From the NCBI GenBank assembly GCA_965222605.1, contig OZ244960.1:704001-768000 (forward strand): a stretch of 64,000 nt of DNA, written 5' to 3'. The notes below the pieces were generated by a model. That model was not told the origin of the DNA. It saw only the letters and a program-made list of their open reading frames with translations, and did not search any database. This DNA comes from Candidatus Latescibacterota bacterium (GTDB lineage: Bacteria; Latescibacterota; UBA2968). The position numbers and the translations under genes are program-made. The first letter of the stretch is position 1; every line of letters starts with the position of its first letter. Below, piece after piece: positions 20,906 through 31,108 of the stretch.

Positions 20906-22087
20906 CTGAAAATTTTTCTCAAAAGTACAATTTTGTTCGCGCTATTTGGCCTGATGACCTGCGGGGGCAAAGATACGCTGGGACCGGGAGATTCGGGCAA
21001 TCCTCCTGCCGCCTCTGGCGACACGACATCCGGCAATACTCAGACCTCTGGCTCAATCAATCGCGTGCCGCAAGAAGGCGGCAATTTTCTCAGTGACTTT
21101 CCTGCAGACAGGATTCTATCGGGCGGCGTACCTCCCGATGGCATTCCAGCACTCACCGACCCCCAATTTGTCGATCTCACCTCCAGCGAAGCCGCTTACC
21201 TGAGCGATGAGGATCTCGTCCTCGGCGTGGTCCTCAATGGCGAAGCCAAAGCCTATCCCCACAACATGGGCTGGTGGCACGAAATCATCAACGATGTGGT
21301 TGGCGAACAACCCATTATCGTGAGCTTTTGCCCACTGACGGGAACAGGGCTCATCTTTAACGGACAGGGCAATGACCAATCGCGCATCCATTGTGGGGTC
21401 TCCGGTTTGCTCTTCAACAACAACCTAATTATGTACGACCGCCGTCAACAGGGAACCCTATATCCCCAGATGATCCACATCTCGGTTGAAGGTGGATCAG
21501 ACGAATTACAACTCCTGCCCGTAATCGAAACCACCTGGCGCTACTGGAAACAACTCTATCCCGACTCCAGAGTTATCAGTGCCAATACGGGTGTTTACGC
21601 ACCCAGCAGATACCAGAGCTATCCCTATGGCAATTATCGGGACCCGAATACCGGGCCACTTTTTCCCTCATTTCCCAGTTTGCTCGACAATCCAACCGCA
21701 CAGATCTTTCCGCCCAAAACTCTCACACTGGGTATCCGTTTCGGCGAAACCGCCAAAGCCTATCCCTTTTCCACCATGGGAACGGAAGCCGTCATCAACG
21801 ACGTAGTCGCGGGCAATGCCATTCTCGTCGTCTATTACGATAGAGAGCAATACGCAATACCTTTTGATCGGGTGGTTGACGGTCAAACCCTCACATTTGA
21901 AAAAGCACTTTCCCGCGATACAGTCTATCCCTTTCTACTACGCGACCAGGAGACGGGAAGCACATGGAACCTCAAAGGCGAAGCCATTGTCGGGCCACTC
22001 CAAAATAAAACCTTAGAACAACTGCCTGCCCACAATGCCTTCTGGTTTGCCTGGGCAACCTTCTGGCAGAATACGGGAATTTATTAG
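20906..22087 (+). CDS. DUF3179-family lipoprotein
   Basis: GGVPPDGIPAL, HEIIND, FCPLTG, GVSGLL..NLIMYD, FWFAW; lipobox GLMTC; start uncertain (CTG 20906 after AGGAGG, or ATG 20852). Confidence 0.82.
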   Translation: MKIFLKSTILFALFGLMTCGGKDTLGPGDSGNPPAASGDTTSGNTQTSGSINRVPQEGGNFLSDFPADRILSGGVPPDGIPALTDPQFVDLTSSEAAYLSDEDLVLGVVLNGEAKAYPHNMGWWHEIINDVVGEQPIIVSFCPLTGTGLIFNGQGNDQSRIHCGVSGLLFNNNLIMYDRRQQGTLYPQMIHISVEGGSDELQLLPVIETTWRYWKQLYPDSRVISANTGVYAPSRYQSYPYGNYRDPNTGPLFPSFPSLLDNPTAQIFPPKTLTLGIRFGETAKAYPFSTMGTEAVINDVVAGNAILVVYYDREQYAIPFDRVVDGQTLTFEKALSRDTVYPFLLRDQETGSTWNLKGEAIVGPLQNKTLEQLPAHNAFWFAWATFWQNTGIY

Positions 22088-22142
22088 ACGGACATGTCCT
22101 TCACAAAACACAGGGCGATTCGCCTGTGTTTTGGAGCCCTCC

Positions 22143-23024
22143 ATGCACTGCTTTTATTGGCTTGCCCTCTTCATACTCTTGCCCCATACCGCTTATGCGG
22201 GTGCCTGGACATTAAAAAAAGGCCATCTCTGGGGCAAAATCACAGGCATGGCGCAATCGACAAATAAAGAATATGTGGCCGTTGGCGGCGCAGGCCGCGA
22301 ACCCGATCTCAATCGCCTCTATGAACCCGGAGACCGCGCGCACTATCGCGAAAATGGACACTACAATTCACAAGCACTCTTCATCGACCTGTTTTACGGC
22401 CTGAGCGATCGCATCGACTTCGGCATACAAATCCCCTACTATCGCCGGGAATTTGAAAACATCGGCTTCAGACCGGCAAATATCGCATCGGGTTTTGGTG
22501 ACATGCGAGGATTTGCGAAAATTAACATTGCACAAACCCCTGTTGTAAGCACACTAAAATTTGGAACCAAAGTCCCCACCGGAAAATTCCAAAACCAGGA
22601 GGGGATTATTTCTGCCGGCGAAGGCCAATGGGACTTTGATTTTATGTTGCAAATTGGCCGATCTTTTTGGCCCTTACCACTTTACGCCAACATCGATTGG
22701 GGGTATCGCGTCCGCCTGAAAAACAATACCACCAATTACGACCCTGGCGACGAGTGGTTTTTTAACTCAGAAATCGGTTATAATCCCATCGACAAACTCC
22801 TCTTTGTCCTTAAATTAGAGGACATCAGAGGCAGACCTTCCCGCGTATTGGGCCTCAAACTATCCAGCGATATCAGACGCATTACCTATTTCGCGCCCAC
22901 GCTCCTCATAGGACCCTTTCAAAACCTGAGCTTCGAAATCTCGGTGCGTATAACTGCTGGCGGGCGCAATTTCCCCGCCGGCCATATATGGACCGCAGGA
23001 ATTTCATACTCGGGTCCCCTTTGA
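22143..23024 (+). CDS. putative outer-membrane beta-barrel (MetA-pathway/transporter-like), paralog 1
   Basis: Signal peptide ...PHTAYAGAWT, GFGDMR, KVPTG, GEGQWD motifs. Confidence 0.65.
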   Translation: MHCFYWLALFILLPHTAYAGAWTLKKGHLWGKITGMAQSTNKEYVAVGGAGREPDLNRLYEPGDRAHYRENGHYNSQALFIDLFYGLSDRIDFGIQIPYYRREFENIGFRPANIASGFGDMRGFAKINIAQTPVVSTLKFGTKVPTGKFQNQEGIISAGEGQWDFDFMLQIGRSFWPLPLYANIDWGYRVRLKNNTTNYDPGDEWFFNSEIGYNPIDKLLFVLKLEDIRGRPSRVLGLKLSSDIRRITYFAPTLLIGPFQNLSFEISVRITAGGRNFPAGHIWTAGISYSGPL

Positions 23025-23180
23025 CGCTATACCTGCCGGGTTTACGCATCTTCCCAAAAATCTGTATTTATATTGTAAAAAACTCTTCTTTTGGGTATCT
23101 TCGCACACAAGCAGTTTGAACAGCGGACCGATTACCGCCGGGCTGCTTATGGTAAACCAACCTCATCAGAAAGGATCGAA

Positions 23181-24074
23181 ATGAGCATTTCCACACCACA
23201 TTTTAACCCGTGTATAAAGTTCCTTCTCGCCATCGCCCTCTGTGCCCTATTGCCTCATACCGCTTATGCAGGCGCGTGGACACTTCAAAAGGGCCATTTT
23301 TGGGGCAAAATTACAACCTTAATTACATCAACCTCAGAAAGATATAACGCGGAAGGAACTACAGGTAGTTTTGGGCCACCCGCTGCAGCTGCTGTATATA
23401 AGTCACGGTCAGTGTATCTCGACTTTTTTTACGGCATAAACGACCGCGTTGACATTGGCTTACAAATCCCCTTTTCCAGCAATAAATATGATCACGACAA
23501 TTTTAATTTTCCAGGTTTTATTGCTCTGGACGCATCGGGTATTGGAGACGTTCGCGGATTTGCCAAAATCAACCTCGTGCAAGAATCTGTTGTGGCAACC
23601 CTCAAATTGGGCTTCAAAGCCCCAACAGGCTCTTATGACGATGGGCAAGACCCCGCAGGTGCGTATAAAAATGAGGGCATGACCGTGGGATCGGGCCAAT
23701 CAGATATTGACTTGATTCTGCAATTGGGCCGGTCTTTTTATCCCGCTCCCGTTTACGCCAATCTCGACCTGGGGTATCGTTTCCGCATGGAAAACAGTAC
23801 CAGCGGATTTAACCCTGGTGAAGAGATAATTTACAATGCTGAGGTCGGTGTCAATCCCACCGACATACTCCTCCTCGCGCTCAAGTTAGAAGGCATCTAT
23901 GGCTCAAAAGGCAGCAGGGGGAATGACGATATAGGCATCACGTATCTTGCCCCCACAGTGCTCATTAGTGTACATCAAAATCTGAGTATTGAAGCCTCGG
24001 TGCGCGTCCCAGTTGCCGGACGCAATTTCTTCGGTGGCCGCTTGTGGGGCGTAGGGCTTTATTTTCAAAAGTAA
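23181..24074 (+). CDS. putative outer-membrane beta-barrel, paralog 2
   Basis: Same PHTAYAGAWT, GIGDVR, KAPTG, GSGQSD motifs as upstream gene. Confidence 0.65.
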   Translation: MSISTPHFNPCIKFLLAIALCALLPHTAYAGAWTLQKGHFWGKITTLITSTSERYNAEGTTGSFGPPAAAAVYKSRSVYLDFFYGINDRVDIGLQIPFSSNKYDHDNFNFPGFIALDASGIGDVRGFAKINLVQESVVATLKLGFKAPTGSYDDGQDPAGAYKNEGMTVGSGQSDIDLILQLGRSFYPAPVYANLDLGYRFRMENSTSGFNPGEEIIYNAEVGVNPTDILLLALKLEGIYGSKGSRGNDDIGITYLAPTVLISVHQNLSIEASVRVPVAGRNFFGGRLWGVGLYFQK

Positions 24075-24100
24075 TCTGTAAATGCACAGCGAGCAAATTT

Positions 24101-24134
24101 GAGCGGGCGGATGTTTCGCCCGCTCTTCTTTTTT
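24101..24134 (+). terminator. intrinsic terminator
   Basis: GAGCGGGCG-GATGTTT-CGCCCGCTC followed by T-run. Confidence 0.75.
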
Positions 24135-25338
24135 ATAAAATCACATGTTCGCCACCCGTACCTAAACGCCCGTGATCCCAGGGCGTAATCCAGTCTTCGG
24201 CAATATCCATTCCAAATCCCGGCGCATCCGACGGCACCAAATAGCCATCTTTCGGCACGGGCACGCCCGGCAATCGCGCGACCTCTTCCAGAGGCACTCC
24301 CACAGGTGTGCTCAAATGAAATTCACACAGGGTACACTCGGGCATCGCATAGCAAAAATGCTGCCCATAAGCCGAATTACAGCCTCCGTGCGGACTGCTC
24401 TTAATACCAGCGGCTTCGGCAATGTGGTGAATCTTCACGGCTTCGGTCATCCCCCCGCACCAGTGCAAATCGGGTTGCACGACATCCACACAGCGATTTT
24501 CCACAAGTTGGCGAAACGGAATCCGCGTGTGATGATCCTCACCGGTTGCTATTGGGATCCAGGTCATGGCTTTTCGCAATTGAATATGCCCTTCGAGATC
24601 TTCTGGAAACAGCGGTTCTTCCATCCACCGCAATTCGTAAGGTCTGAGCCGTTCTGCCAGACGAATGGCAAATTCCACATCATAAGCCATCACGGGATTG
24701 ATCATCAACTCGGCATTCTTGCCCACAGTTTCTCGGGCAAGGGCGACCTTTTCTTCCATGATATTCATACCCACAATACCCTGTTCGTAATGCACGGGAT
24801 TCGTAATCTTAAACGCCTCAAATCCAAGCTCCATCGACCAATCGAGATCATCGCCTGTACAATAACACCGAATTTTCTCGCGGGATGGTCCGCCGAGCAA
24901 TCTGTAAACCGGCTGATCGAGCAACTTCCCCTTCAAATCCCACAGAGCCAGATCAATCGCACTTTGCGCGCAGGCAGACAATCCCAGCGACCCATGCCTT
25001 TTGGAAGCCCGCCACATCATATCATTGAGATGCTCTGTCGCAAAACAGTCTCGTCCTTCCAATAGCGGCGCGTAAAAAGCATCGACCAATGCAGCAACCG
25101 GTTCGCCAAATCCCGTCCTGCCGAGACCCCATGTGCCGTCCTCAGCCGTTATTTTAACCCACACACCCCGCCCGCCAATACCCGGCGACTTGCTCGGCAC
25201 ATCTGGCGGAAACTCCGGATATTTATTCATCGGCAGGCCAATCGGCGACGAAAGCCGCCAGCTCGAACGGCGTGCGGGTGTTATCGGTTTTTGTTGTGGA
25301 ATAGAAACATCCACAGCTTCAATGGATTTAATCTTCAT
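24133..25338 (-). CDS. mandelate racemase/enolase-superfamily acid-sugar dehydratase (L-rhamnonate dehydratase-like)
   Basis: SAIDLALWDLKGK...PVYRLLGG, WMEEP, ATGED, QPDLHWCGG. Confidence 0.85.
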   Translation of the reverse strand: MKIKSIEAVDVSIPQQKPITPARRSSWRLSSPIGLPMNKYPEFPPDVPSKSPGIGGRGVWVKITAEDGTWGLGRTGFGEPVAALVDAFYAPLLEGRDCFATEHLNDMMWRASKRHGSLGLSACAQSAIDLALWDLKGKLLDQPVYRLLGGPSREKIRCYCTGDDLDWSMELGFEAFKITNPVHYEQGIVGMNIMEEKVALARETVGKNAELMINPVMAYDVEFAIRLAERLRPYELRWMEEPLFPEDLEGHIQLRKAMTWIPIATGEDHHTRIPFRQLVENRCVDVVQPDLHWCGGMTEAVKIHHIAEAAGIKSSPHGGCNSAYGQHFCYAMPECTLCEFHLSTPVGVPLEEVARLPGVPVPKDGYLVPSDAPGFGMDIAEDWITPWDHGRLGTGGEHVIL

Positions 25339-25350
25339 AATTCCTCCAAT

Positions 25351-25950
25351 TCATGCGTTGACCATATAGCCAAAAATGAGAAACACGATCCCAGCCCCCA
25401 CAATACTACCCACCAAAACCTGAGACACAGAATGTGCCTGTAATACGAGCCGCGCCCACGAAACCAGCCCCGCGGGAACAACCGCCCACCAACCACCATA
25501 AAGCGCGATTACCACACCACAGGCAGCCCAAAGTCCCATGGCGTGTAAGCTAATTTTCCACTGCATCGTTATCAACAGCGCGATCGTCCCCTGAACTGCA
25601 ACGCAGACCATCAGCGCGTATAGCGCGGGCGGCGAGTGTATCAGATACAGGAAGCCAACACCCATCCAGGAACTTACCGTAAAAAAGAAAAGCGGTCGCA
25701 GCCGGTCGCGGCACTCTGGAATAAATAACCCGCTGATCTCGCCCCGACGGCGCATGTGCAACACCGCGAACCAGGGCGCAAAAACTGTAAAGAAGAGTGC
25801 GACCAATGCACACAAGACAATCCAGGGACCCGATCCAGATGCCTTGAGAGATACCAGCACAATCACAATCCCCAGCGCAATCATGGGATTTAAGACCTGA
25901 GAAATGTACATGGCAAACTTCTCTTTATCAATCATAAGCTTTCCCATCAT
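25351..25950 (-). CDS. PAP2-like membrane protein
   Basis: Multiple TM segments, WKISLHA and ARLVLQAHSVSQV motifs. Confidence 0.7.
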   Translation of the reverse strand: MMGKLMIDKEKFAMYISQVLNPMIALGIVIVLVSLKASGSGPWIVLCALVALFFTVFAPWFAVLHMRRRGEISGLFIPECRDRLRPLFFFTVSSWMGVGFLYLIHSPPALYALMVCVAVQGTIALLITMQWKISLHAMGLWAACGVVIALYGGWWAVVPAGLVSWARLVLQAHSVSQVLVGSIVGAGIVFLIFGYMVNA

Positions 25951-26118
25951 TTTTAAACAAAATAACGAACCCCGCTCAGAAAATCAAAACAATGTGAAAA
26001 TCAAATTTTGCTCTCGGATACGATACCTTGACAACACCTTTGCATTAAACTATTTTGCTAACATTATCCGATAACTATCACAAATAGTTATACACTTCTC
26101 AGAAAAGAGGAGCGCAAC

Positions 26119-26910
26119 ATGACACCTGAAACAGCCCTGAAAACTCGGGAAGACATGCTCCGCGATGGGTACTGCGTTATCGACGATATTTTGACAGACG
26201 AATTCATAGAAGAACTGCGCGAAGAATCCGAGCGGTTAATCGCCAATCACTATGAACACGAGGATTTCAGATATCAGGGCCAACACGTGAATGTACGCGG
26301 TGAAGACAATCCAATCATCCAAAAACTGCTTGAGTGGGAACCATCGCGGCGGGCACTCGAACAATTGGGCTTTGGAGATTTCCATACCAGCGGCGGCATC
26401 ATCATCCTCACCAAAGAACCGAAAGGACCACCGCTCTACTGGCACCAGGACTGGATGCAATGGAACGATCCCATGAGTTGCTCGCCCTGGCCGCAGATCA
26501 TATTTCTGAATTATTATCTAACCGATACCGCAGTAGAAAACGGCTGTTTGAAAGTCATCCCCGGCACCCATCTCAAACGCATACCACTCCACGATCAACT
26601 GGTGCCAGCACACGAACAAGGCGCCCGATTTATAGAAGAAACTCATCCCCTCATGTTTAGCAATCACCCGGATGAAGTCAACGTACCCATCTCTGCCCGC
26701 TCGCTGGTTCTGGGCGATGCCCGCATCCTGCACTCTGCCGGAAGAAATTACACAGATGAACGCAGAACCCTGATTCTCGCCTGGCACAGACGCCCCACCA
26801 CCGATGTGCCAGACTACTGGAAAGGAGATATCCCCGAAGTCATAGCCAACCGCAATCCCGATCAAAAGTACGAAGGATCGCGCCTTCCCGGCGAATACCT
26901 GAAACCGTAA
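26119..26910 (+). CDS. phytanoyl-CoA dioxygenase (PhyH) family protein
   Basis: WHQD, NGCLKVIPGTH, ILHSA. Confidence 0.9.
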   Translation: MTPETALKTREDMLRDGYCVIDDILTDEFIEELREESERLIANHYEHEDFRYQGQHVNVRGEDNPIIQKLLEWEPSRRALEQLGFGDFHTSGGIIILTKEPKGPPLYWHQDWMQWNDPMSCSPWPQIIFLNYYLTDTAVENGCLKVIPGTHLKRIPLHDQLVPAHEQGARFIEETHPLMFSNHPDEVNVPISARSLVLGDARILHSAGRNYTDERRTLILAWHRRPTTDVPDYWKGDIPEVIANRNPDQKYEGSRLPGEYLKP

Positions 26911-26959
26911 AAGAATAGGCAAAAATGCATCAACGTTTGAGCTACAGGAGCCATATTTT

Positions 26960-27964
26960 ATGAAAGCCACAGCACTCATCACCTACGAAGGTCCCACCTT
27001 TGCCTGCGAAGACATCATCCTTCCCGATCCACGCCCCGATCAAATCGCGGTACAAACCCGGTATTCCGGTGTCAGCATCGGCACTGAATTTGCCGCCATT
27101 ACCCGCAAGCTCGACTACGGTCCCTATCCCCTGTGTACGGGCTATCAGGCCGTCGGCACTGTCGAACACATCGGCAAAGACGCGACCGGCTTCGCTGTTG
27201 GCGACCGCGTCTATTACCGCTGGAACCGCGTCTTCTCCCTCGCTACAACCGGTCAAAAAGTCTCTGCCAGCCAGGGCGCACACACCTCTGCCGCAGTCCT
27301 GGACACACAGGGACCGCGAGCCTTTGTCGCCCACCTGCCCGATGGCGTCGATGAAGCCGCCGCCAGCTTATTCGTCATGCCCGCCGTGGGCCTCAACGGC
27401 GTGGATATGGCCAACCCCCGGATGGGCGACCGCGTTGTCGTATATGGCTGTGGCCTCGTCGGCCTGGGCGTCGTCGCTGCATGCAGCCACCGGGGTTGTG
27501 AAGTCATCGCCATAGACCTGGAAGCCAACCGCCTCGATATCGCACAAAAACTCGGCGCCGACCACCTCATTCACAGCGCGGATGCAAACGAAGCGGTTCA
27601 CGACATCGCCCCCGACGGTGCCGACGTCGTCTTCGAATGCACGGGCATACCCGCCTGCATCGACCCGGCCATCGCCCTTTGCCGCACCCATGGGACCTTC
27701 ATTCTTCAGGGCAACTACGGCCGTCACCCCATCTCTTATAATTTCTTACCGCCCCACGGGAAACGCCTCACCATGTACTATCCCTGCAACGACGGCGAAG
27801 CCCCCTGTCGCCGCGCCGTCATCAAAAACATGGGCACTGGCGTTCTCCCCTGGCACCACACCATCACCCATGAGGTCGCATCTTCAGACGCTGCGGATCT
27901 CTACCGGGACATCCTCAACGGCGAAGCCAAAAGCGTTATCGGTGCCGTCATCAGGTGGTTCTGA
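26960..27964 (+). CDS. MDR/zinc-binding dehydrogenase family protein
   Basis: SGVSIGTE, GYQAVG, GCGLVG, DVVFECTG. Confidence 0.85.
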   Translation: MKATALITYEGPTFACEDIILPDPRPDQIAVQTRYSGVSIGTEFAAITRKLDYGPYPLCTGYQAVGTVEHIGKDATGFAVGDRVYYRWNRVFSLATTGQKVSASQGAHTSAAVLDTQGPRAFVAHLPDGVDEAAASLFVMPAVGLNGVDMANPRMGDRVVVYGCGLVGLGVVAACSHRGCEVIAIDLEANRLDIAQKLGADHLIHSADANEAVHDIAPDGADVVFECTGIPACIDPAIALCRTHGTFILQGNYGRHPISYNFLPPHGKRLTMYYPCNDGEAPCRRAVIKNMGTGVLPWHHTITHEVASSDAADLYRDILNGEAKSVIGAVIRWF

Positions 27965-27979
27965 AAAAGGAGTATCACA

Positions 27980-29032
27980 ATGGACAACTTAAAAGTTGGA
28001 ATTATCGGTCTGGGCGGCATTGCCCGGTCTCACTGCGACGCCATTGAAACCCTGGACAACGTCGAAATCGTCGCCGTTGCCGACCTCATTGAGGAAAAGC
28101 GCCGCGAATACATGGGCAAATACGACATTCCCAAAAGCTATCCCTCCCACACCGACCTCTTGAAGGACCCCGAAATCGACGCTGTCGCCATCACCCTGGG
28201 CCACCAACTCCACCATCGCCTCACCGTTGATGCTTGCAAAGCTGGCAAACACGTTCTGGTGGAAAAACCCATGGCCATCAACCTGGAACAGTGCGACAAC
28301 ATGGTCGCAGCCGCAGCCGATAATGGGGTCAAATTGATGGTCGGCCTGACGCAGCACTACTACGGCACCAGCATCAAAGCAAAAGAAATACTGAACTCTG
28401 GCGCACTGGGACCCGTCATCACCGCCGTGTGTTATATGTCCAAAAACTGGAGCTACGCCGGTCGCCGCCCGCAGTACCGCAGCCGCTACCACGGCGGGGG
28501 CATGTGGTTGACCAATGGCGTACACGTAGTAGATCGACTCACCTGGATGATCGGCTCACAGGCAGTATCCGTCTCAGCCGCTATTGGAACCCGCGCCCAC
28601 TACCAGGCCGCAGATGACTCGGCCACGGCCTTCGTCCGCTATAAAAACGGTCTCGCAGGCATTGCCATAGCCGTTGGATTTGCAGATGGTGCGCCCGACC
28701 ACGAATGTCAGGTCATCTGTGCAAATGGCACATTGCGCTTTTCCGAACACGGCGACAAATACATCAAAGTCGGAAAAAACAATCAGTGGGAAAGCGTCCC
28801 CTTCGACGAGCCGCCCTCCACAATGCACAACGAGTGGAAAGCCTTTGCCGAAGCCATCGCCCTGGACATTGAACCGCCCACCCACGGCGAATGGGCACGC
28901 CACATTATGGAAATCCTATTTGCCGCCGAACAATCTGCCATCACCGGTCGAGAAGTCGCATTGGAAAGCGGACCGGGCTGGTTCAACCAGCGTTCTGGCT
29001 CGCCCGTGACAACGCAACACGGCTGGATATGA
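27980..29032 (+). CDS. Gfo/Idh/MocA oxidoreductase
   Basis: GIIGLGGIA, HVLVEKP, GGGMWLTNGVH. Confidence 0.9.
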   Translation: MDNLKVGIIGLGGIARSHCDAIETLDNVEIVAVADLIEEKRREYMGKYDIPKSYPSHTDLLKDPEIDAVAITLGHQLHHRLTVDACKAGKHVLVEKPMAINLEQCDNMVAAAADNGVKLMVGLTQHYYGTSIKAKEILNSGALGPVITAVCYMSKNWSYAGRRPQYRSRYHGGGMWLTNGVHVVDRLTWMIGSQAVSVSAAIGTRAHYQAADDSATAFVRYKNGLAGIAIAVGFADGAPDHECQVICANGTLRFSEHGDKYIKVGKNNQWESVPFDEPPSTMHNEWKAFAEAIALDIEPPTHGEWARHIMEILFAAEQSAITGREVALESGPGWFNQRSGSPVTTQHGWI

Positions 29033-30123
29033 AAATTTTATTTGTCGCGCAGTATGGCCCCTTAGCCGCCAGCAGCCGCACGCGGGTCTTTGATTACTTG
29101 CCCCTGTTGCGGCGGGCGGGCGTCACCTGTGATGTCAAAGTCGTGACGCCCGATGACCTGATCAAACGCAATACTGGAGGTATTTTTTCACGCCTTCTGT
29201 ACTATGCTCTGTCCTATTTTCGCGCCTTATGGACGGGATGGGCTTGCGTTTTTAAAGCGCCGCAATACGATGCCATACTGATTCAAAAAACGCTGTTTTC
29301 TTTTCCCATACCACACCTGTTGCGGCGGTACAGGCACAAAATATTTTTTGATTTCGACGACGCTATTTTTACACTCGAAAACCCCAACGAGAGTTGGATC
29401 AACCGGTTGCGAACCCGGCGGCGCGCAATGGGCGTACCCGCGATGTTGCAAATAGCACACTGCGCGATTGTAGAAAATGCCTACACCGCTGAATTTGCAG
29501 CCCGTTATTGTCCTTATGTTTCACAAATCACAGGGCCTATTGATACTGCGCGTTATATCCCTGCAAAAAAATCGACGGACAAAAAAATCGCATTGGGATG
29601 GATTGGTAGCCAGTGGACAACGCGGTATTTAGACTTGATTCGAGACCCATTGGCCGTTCTCTCGCAACAATATCTCAATTTGGAATTGCGCTTGATTGGT
29701 GCGGGTGACTTTGATGTACCCGATCTGCAAATTGCGCGCATGGACTGGGCACTGGAAACCGAAGTTGGTCATTTACAGACATTTGACATTGGCTTGATGC
29801 CCCTACCCGACGATCCTTTTACGCGGGGCAAAGGAGGGTATAAATTACTGCAATACATGGCCTGCGGATTGCCCGTAGTGGCGAGTCCAGTCGAAATCAA
29901 CCGCGAAATCGTCACCCATGGAGAAACCGGATTTTTGGCTGAGACAGACGGCGAGTGGATCGAATTTTTGGGCACATTGATCGAAAATAAAACCCTGCGA
30001 AATCGCATGGGGGCTGCCAGCCGCGGCCGTGTGATCGCGCATTATGCACTCGAAAAAAGCAGCGAACAATTGCTGGCCCTTCTGCAGCGGAGCATACACC
30101 CATGCGACACGCTTTCACAGTAG
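29029..30123 (+). CDS. glycosyltransferase family 4
   Basis: ATGA-coupled start MKILF; FDFDDAIF, GWIGS, KLLQYMACGLPVVASP. Confidence 0.88.
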   Translation: MKILFVAQYGPLAASSRTRVFDYLPLLRRAGVTCDVKVVTPDDLIKRNTGGIFSRLLYYALSYFRALWTGWACVFKAPQYDAILIQKTLFSFPIPHLLRRYRHKIFFDFDDAIFTLENPNESWINRLRTRRRAMGVPAMLQIAHCAIVENAYTAEFAARYCPYVSQITGPIDTARYIPAKKSTDKKIALGWIGSQWTTRYLDLIRDPLAVLSQQYLNLELRLIGAGDFDVPDLQIARMDWALETEVGHLQTFDIGLMPLPDDPFTRGKGGYKLLQYMACGLPVVASPVEINREIVTHGETGFLAETDGEWIEFLGTLIENKTLRNRMGAASRGRVIAHYALEKSSEQLLALLQRSIHPCDTLSQ

Positions 30124-30929
30124 ATGTCGAAGATTGGTATCAGGGCATACCGATCTCCAATCAAATATCCGCGCAAAGCGAGCCGCGCCTTGAGAGAAGT
30201 TGCCATCGCTTGCTCGATATAATGGCAGAATACGATGTTCGCGGCACATTCTTTATCCTGGGACCAGTGGCGCAGCATTATCCCGACTTAATACGCCGCA
30301 TAGCCGATGAAGGTCACGAATTGGGATGCCACGGTTGGTCTCACGATCTCGTCTATGAAATGACGCCCAGGCGATTCCGAGAAGAAACACAGCGGGCTTC
30401 TGCTGTGATCTCCAATGTAACGGCACAACCCGTAACAGCCTATCGCGCGGCCTATTTCTCCATTACAGCGCGATCATTATGGGCCCTGGATATCTTGGCA
30501 GAACTCGGATTTCAGTGCGATTCGAGTATTTTTCCAGTGCATAACTGGCGCTATGGAATTCCCGATTTTGATTTGGCTCCGCGTACTGTAAAAACCGCCT
30601 CAGGATCAATTTGCGAAATTCCAATGTCTGTGCGCCAGGTGGGAAAAATGCGATTGCCTGTAACTGGAGGCGCGTATTTCAGGCTATTTCCCTATTTTGT
30701 GAGCCGCGCAAATATGAGGGCCTTGGGCAAACAACGGCGGGCTGTGGTCTTTTATCTACACCCGTGGGAACTCGATCCCGATCACCCACGGATCGCATTT
30801 TACTGGAAGGCGCGTTTGACGCACTATGCCAATTTGAAAGCAACAGAGCCTCGATTGCGGCGATTATTGGCCGATTTCTCTTTTTGCCCGCTACGTGAAA
30901 TAGCATTGCAAATGAGAAAAGATGAATGA
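30102..30929 (+). CDS. polysaccharide deacetylase (XrtA-system/DUF3473 type)
   Basis: TVDVEDW, GHELGCHGWSH, YRAAYFSI, GGAYFR, YLHPWELDP. Confidence 0.9.
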   Translation: MRHAFTVDVEDWYQGIPISNQISAQSEPRLERSCHRLLDIMAEYDVRGTFFILGPVAQHYPDLIRRIADEGHELGCHGWSHDLVYEMTPRRFREETQRASAVISNVTAQPVTAYRAAYFSITARSLWALDILAELGFQCDSSIFPVHNWRYGIPDFDLAPRTVKTASGSICEIPMSVRQVGKMRLPVTGGAYFRLFPYFVSRANMRALGKQRRAVVFYLHPWELDPDHPRIAFYWKARLTHYANLKATEPRLRRLLADFSFCPLREIALQMRKDE

Positions 30930-31108
30930 GGTCATCAGAACCTATCTGTGGGAGGTACATTTCACTTTAGGTTTCTGATTGCCTTTAAGCATTCGAGACC
31001 TTATATTTAAATGTTTTGGGTGGGGTATTGTGTACCGTGTTGTAAAAGAGTGGGGATTGTATTTGTCGGAAGATATGCGCTGCTCGACAATGGGAAAGGA
31101 ATAAATAC

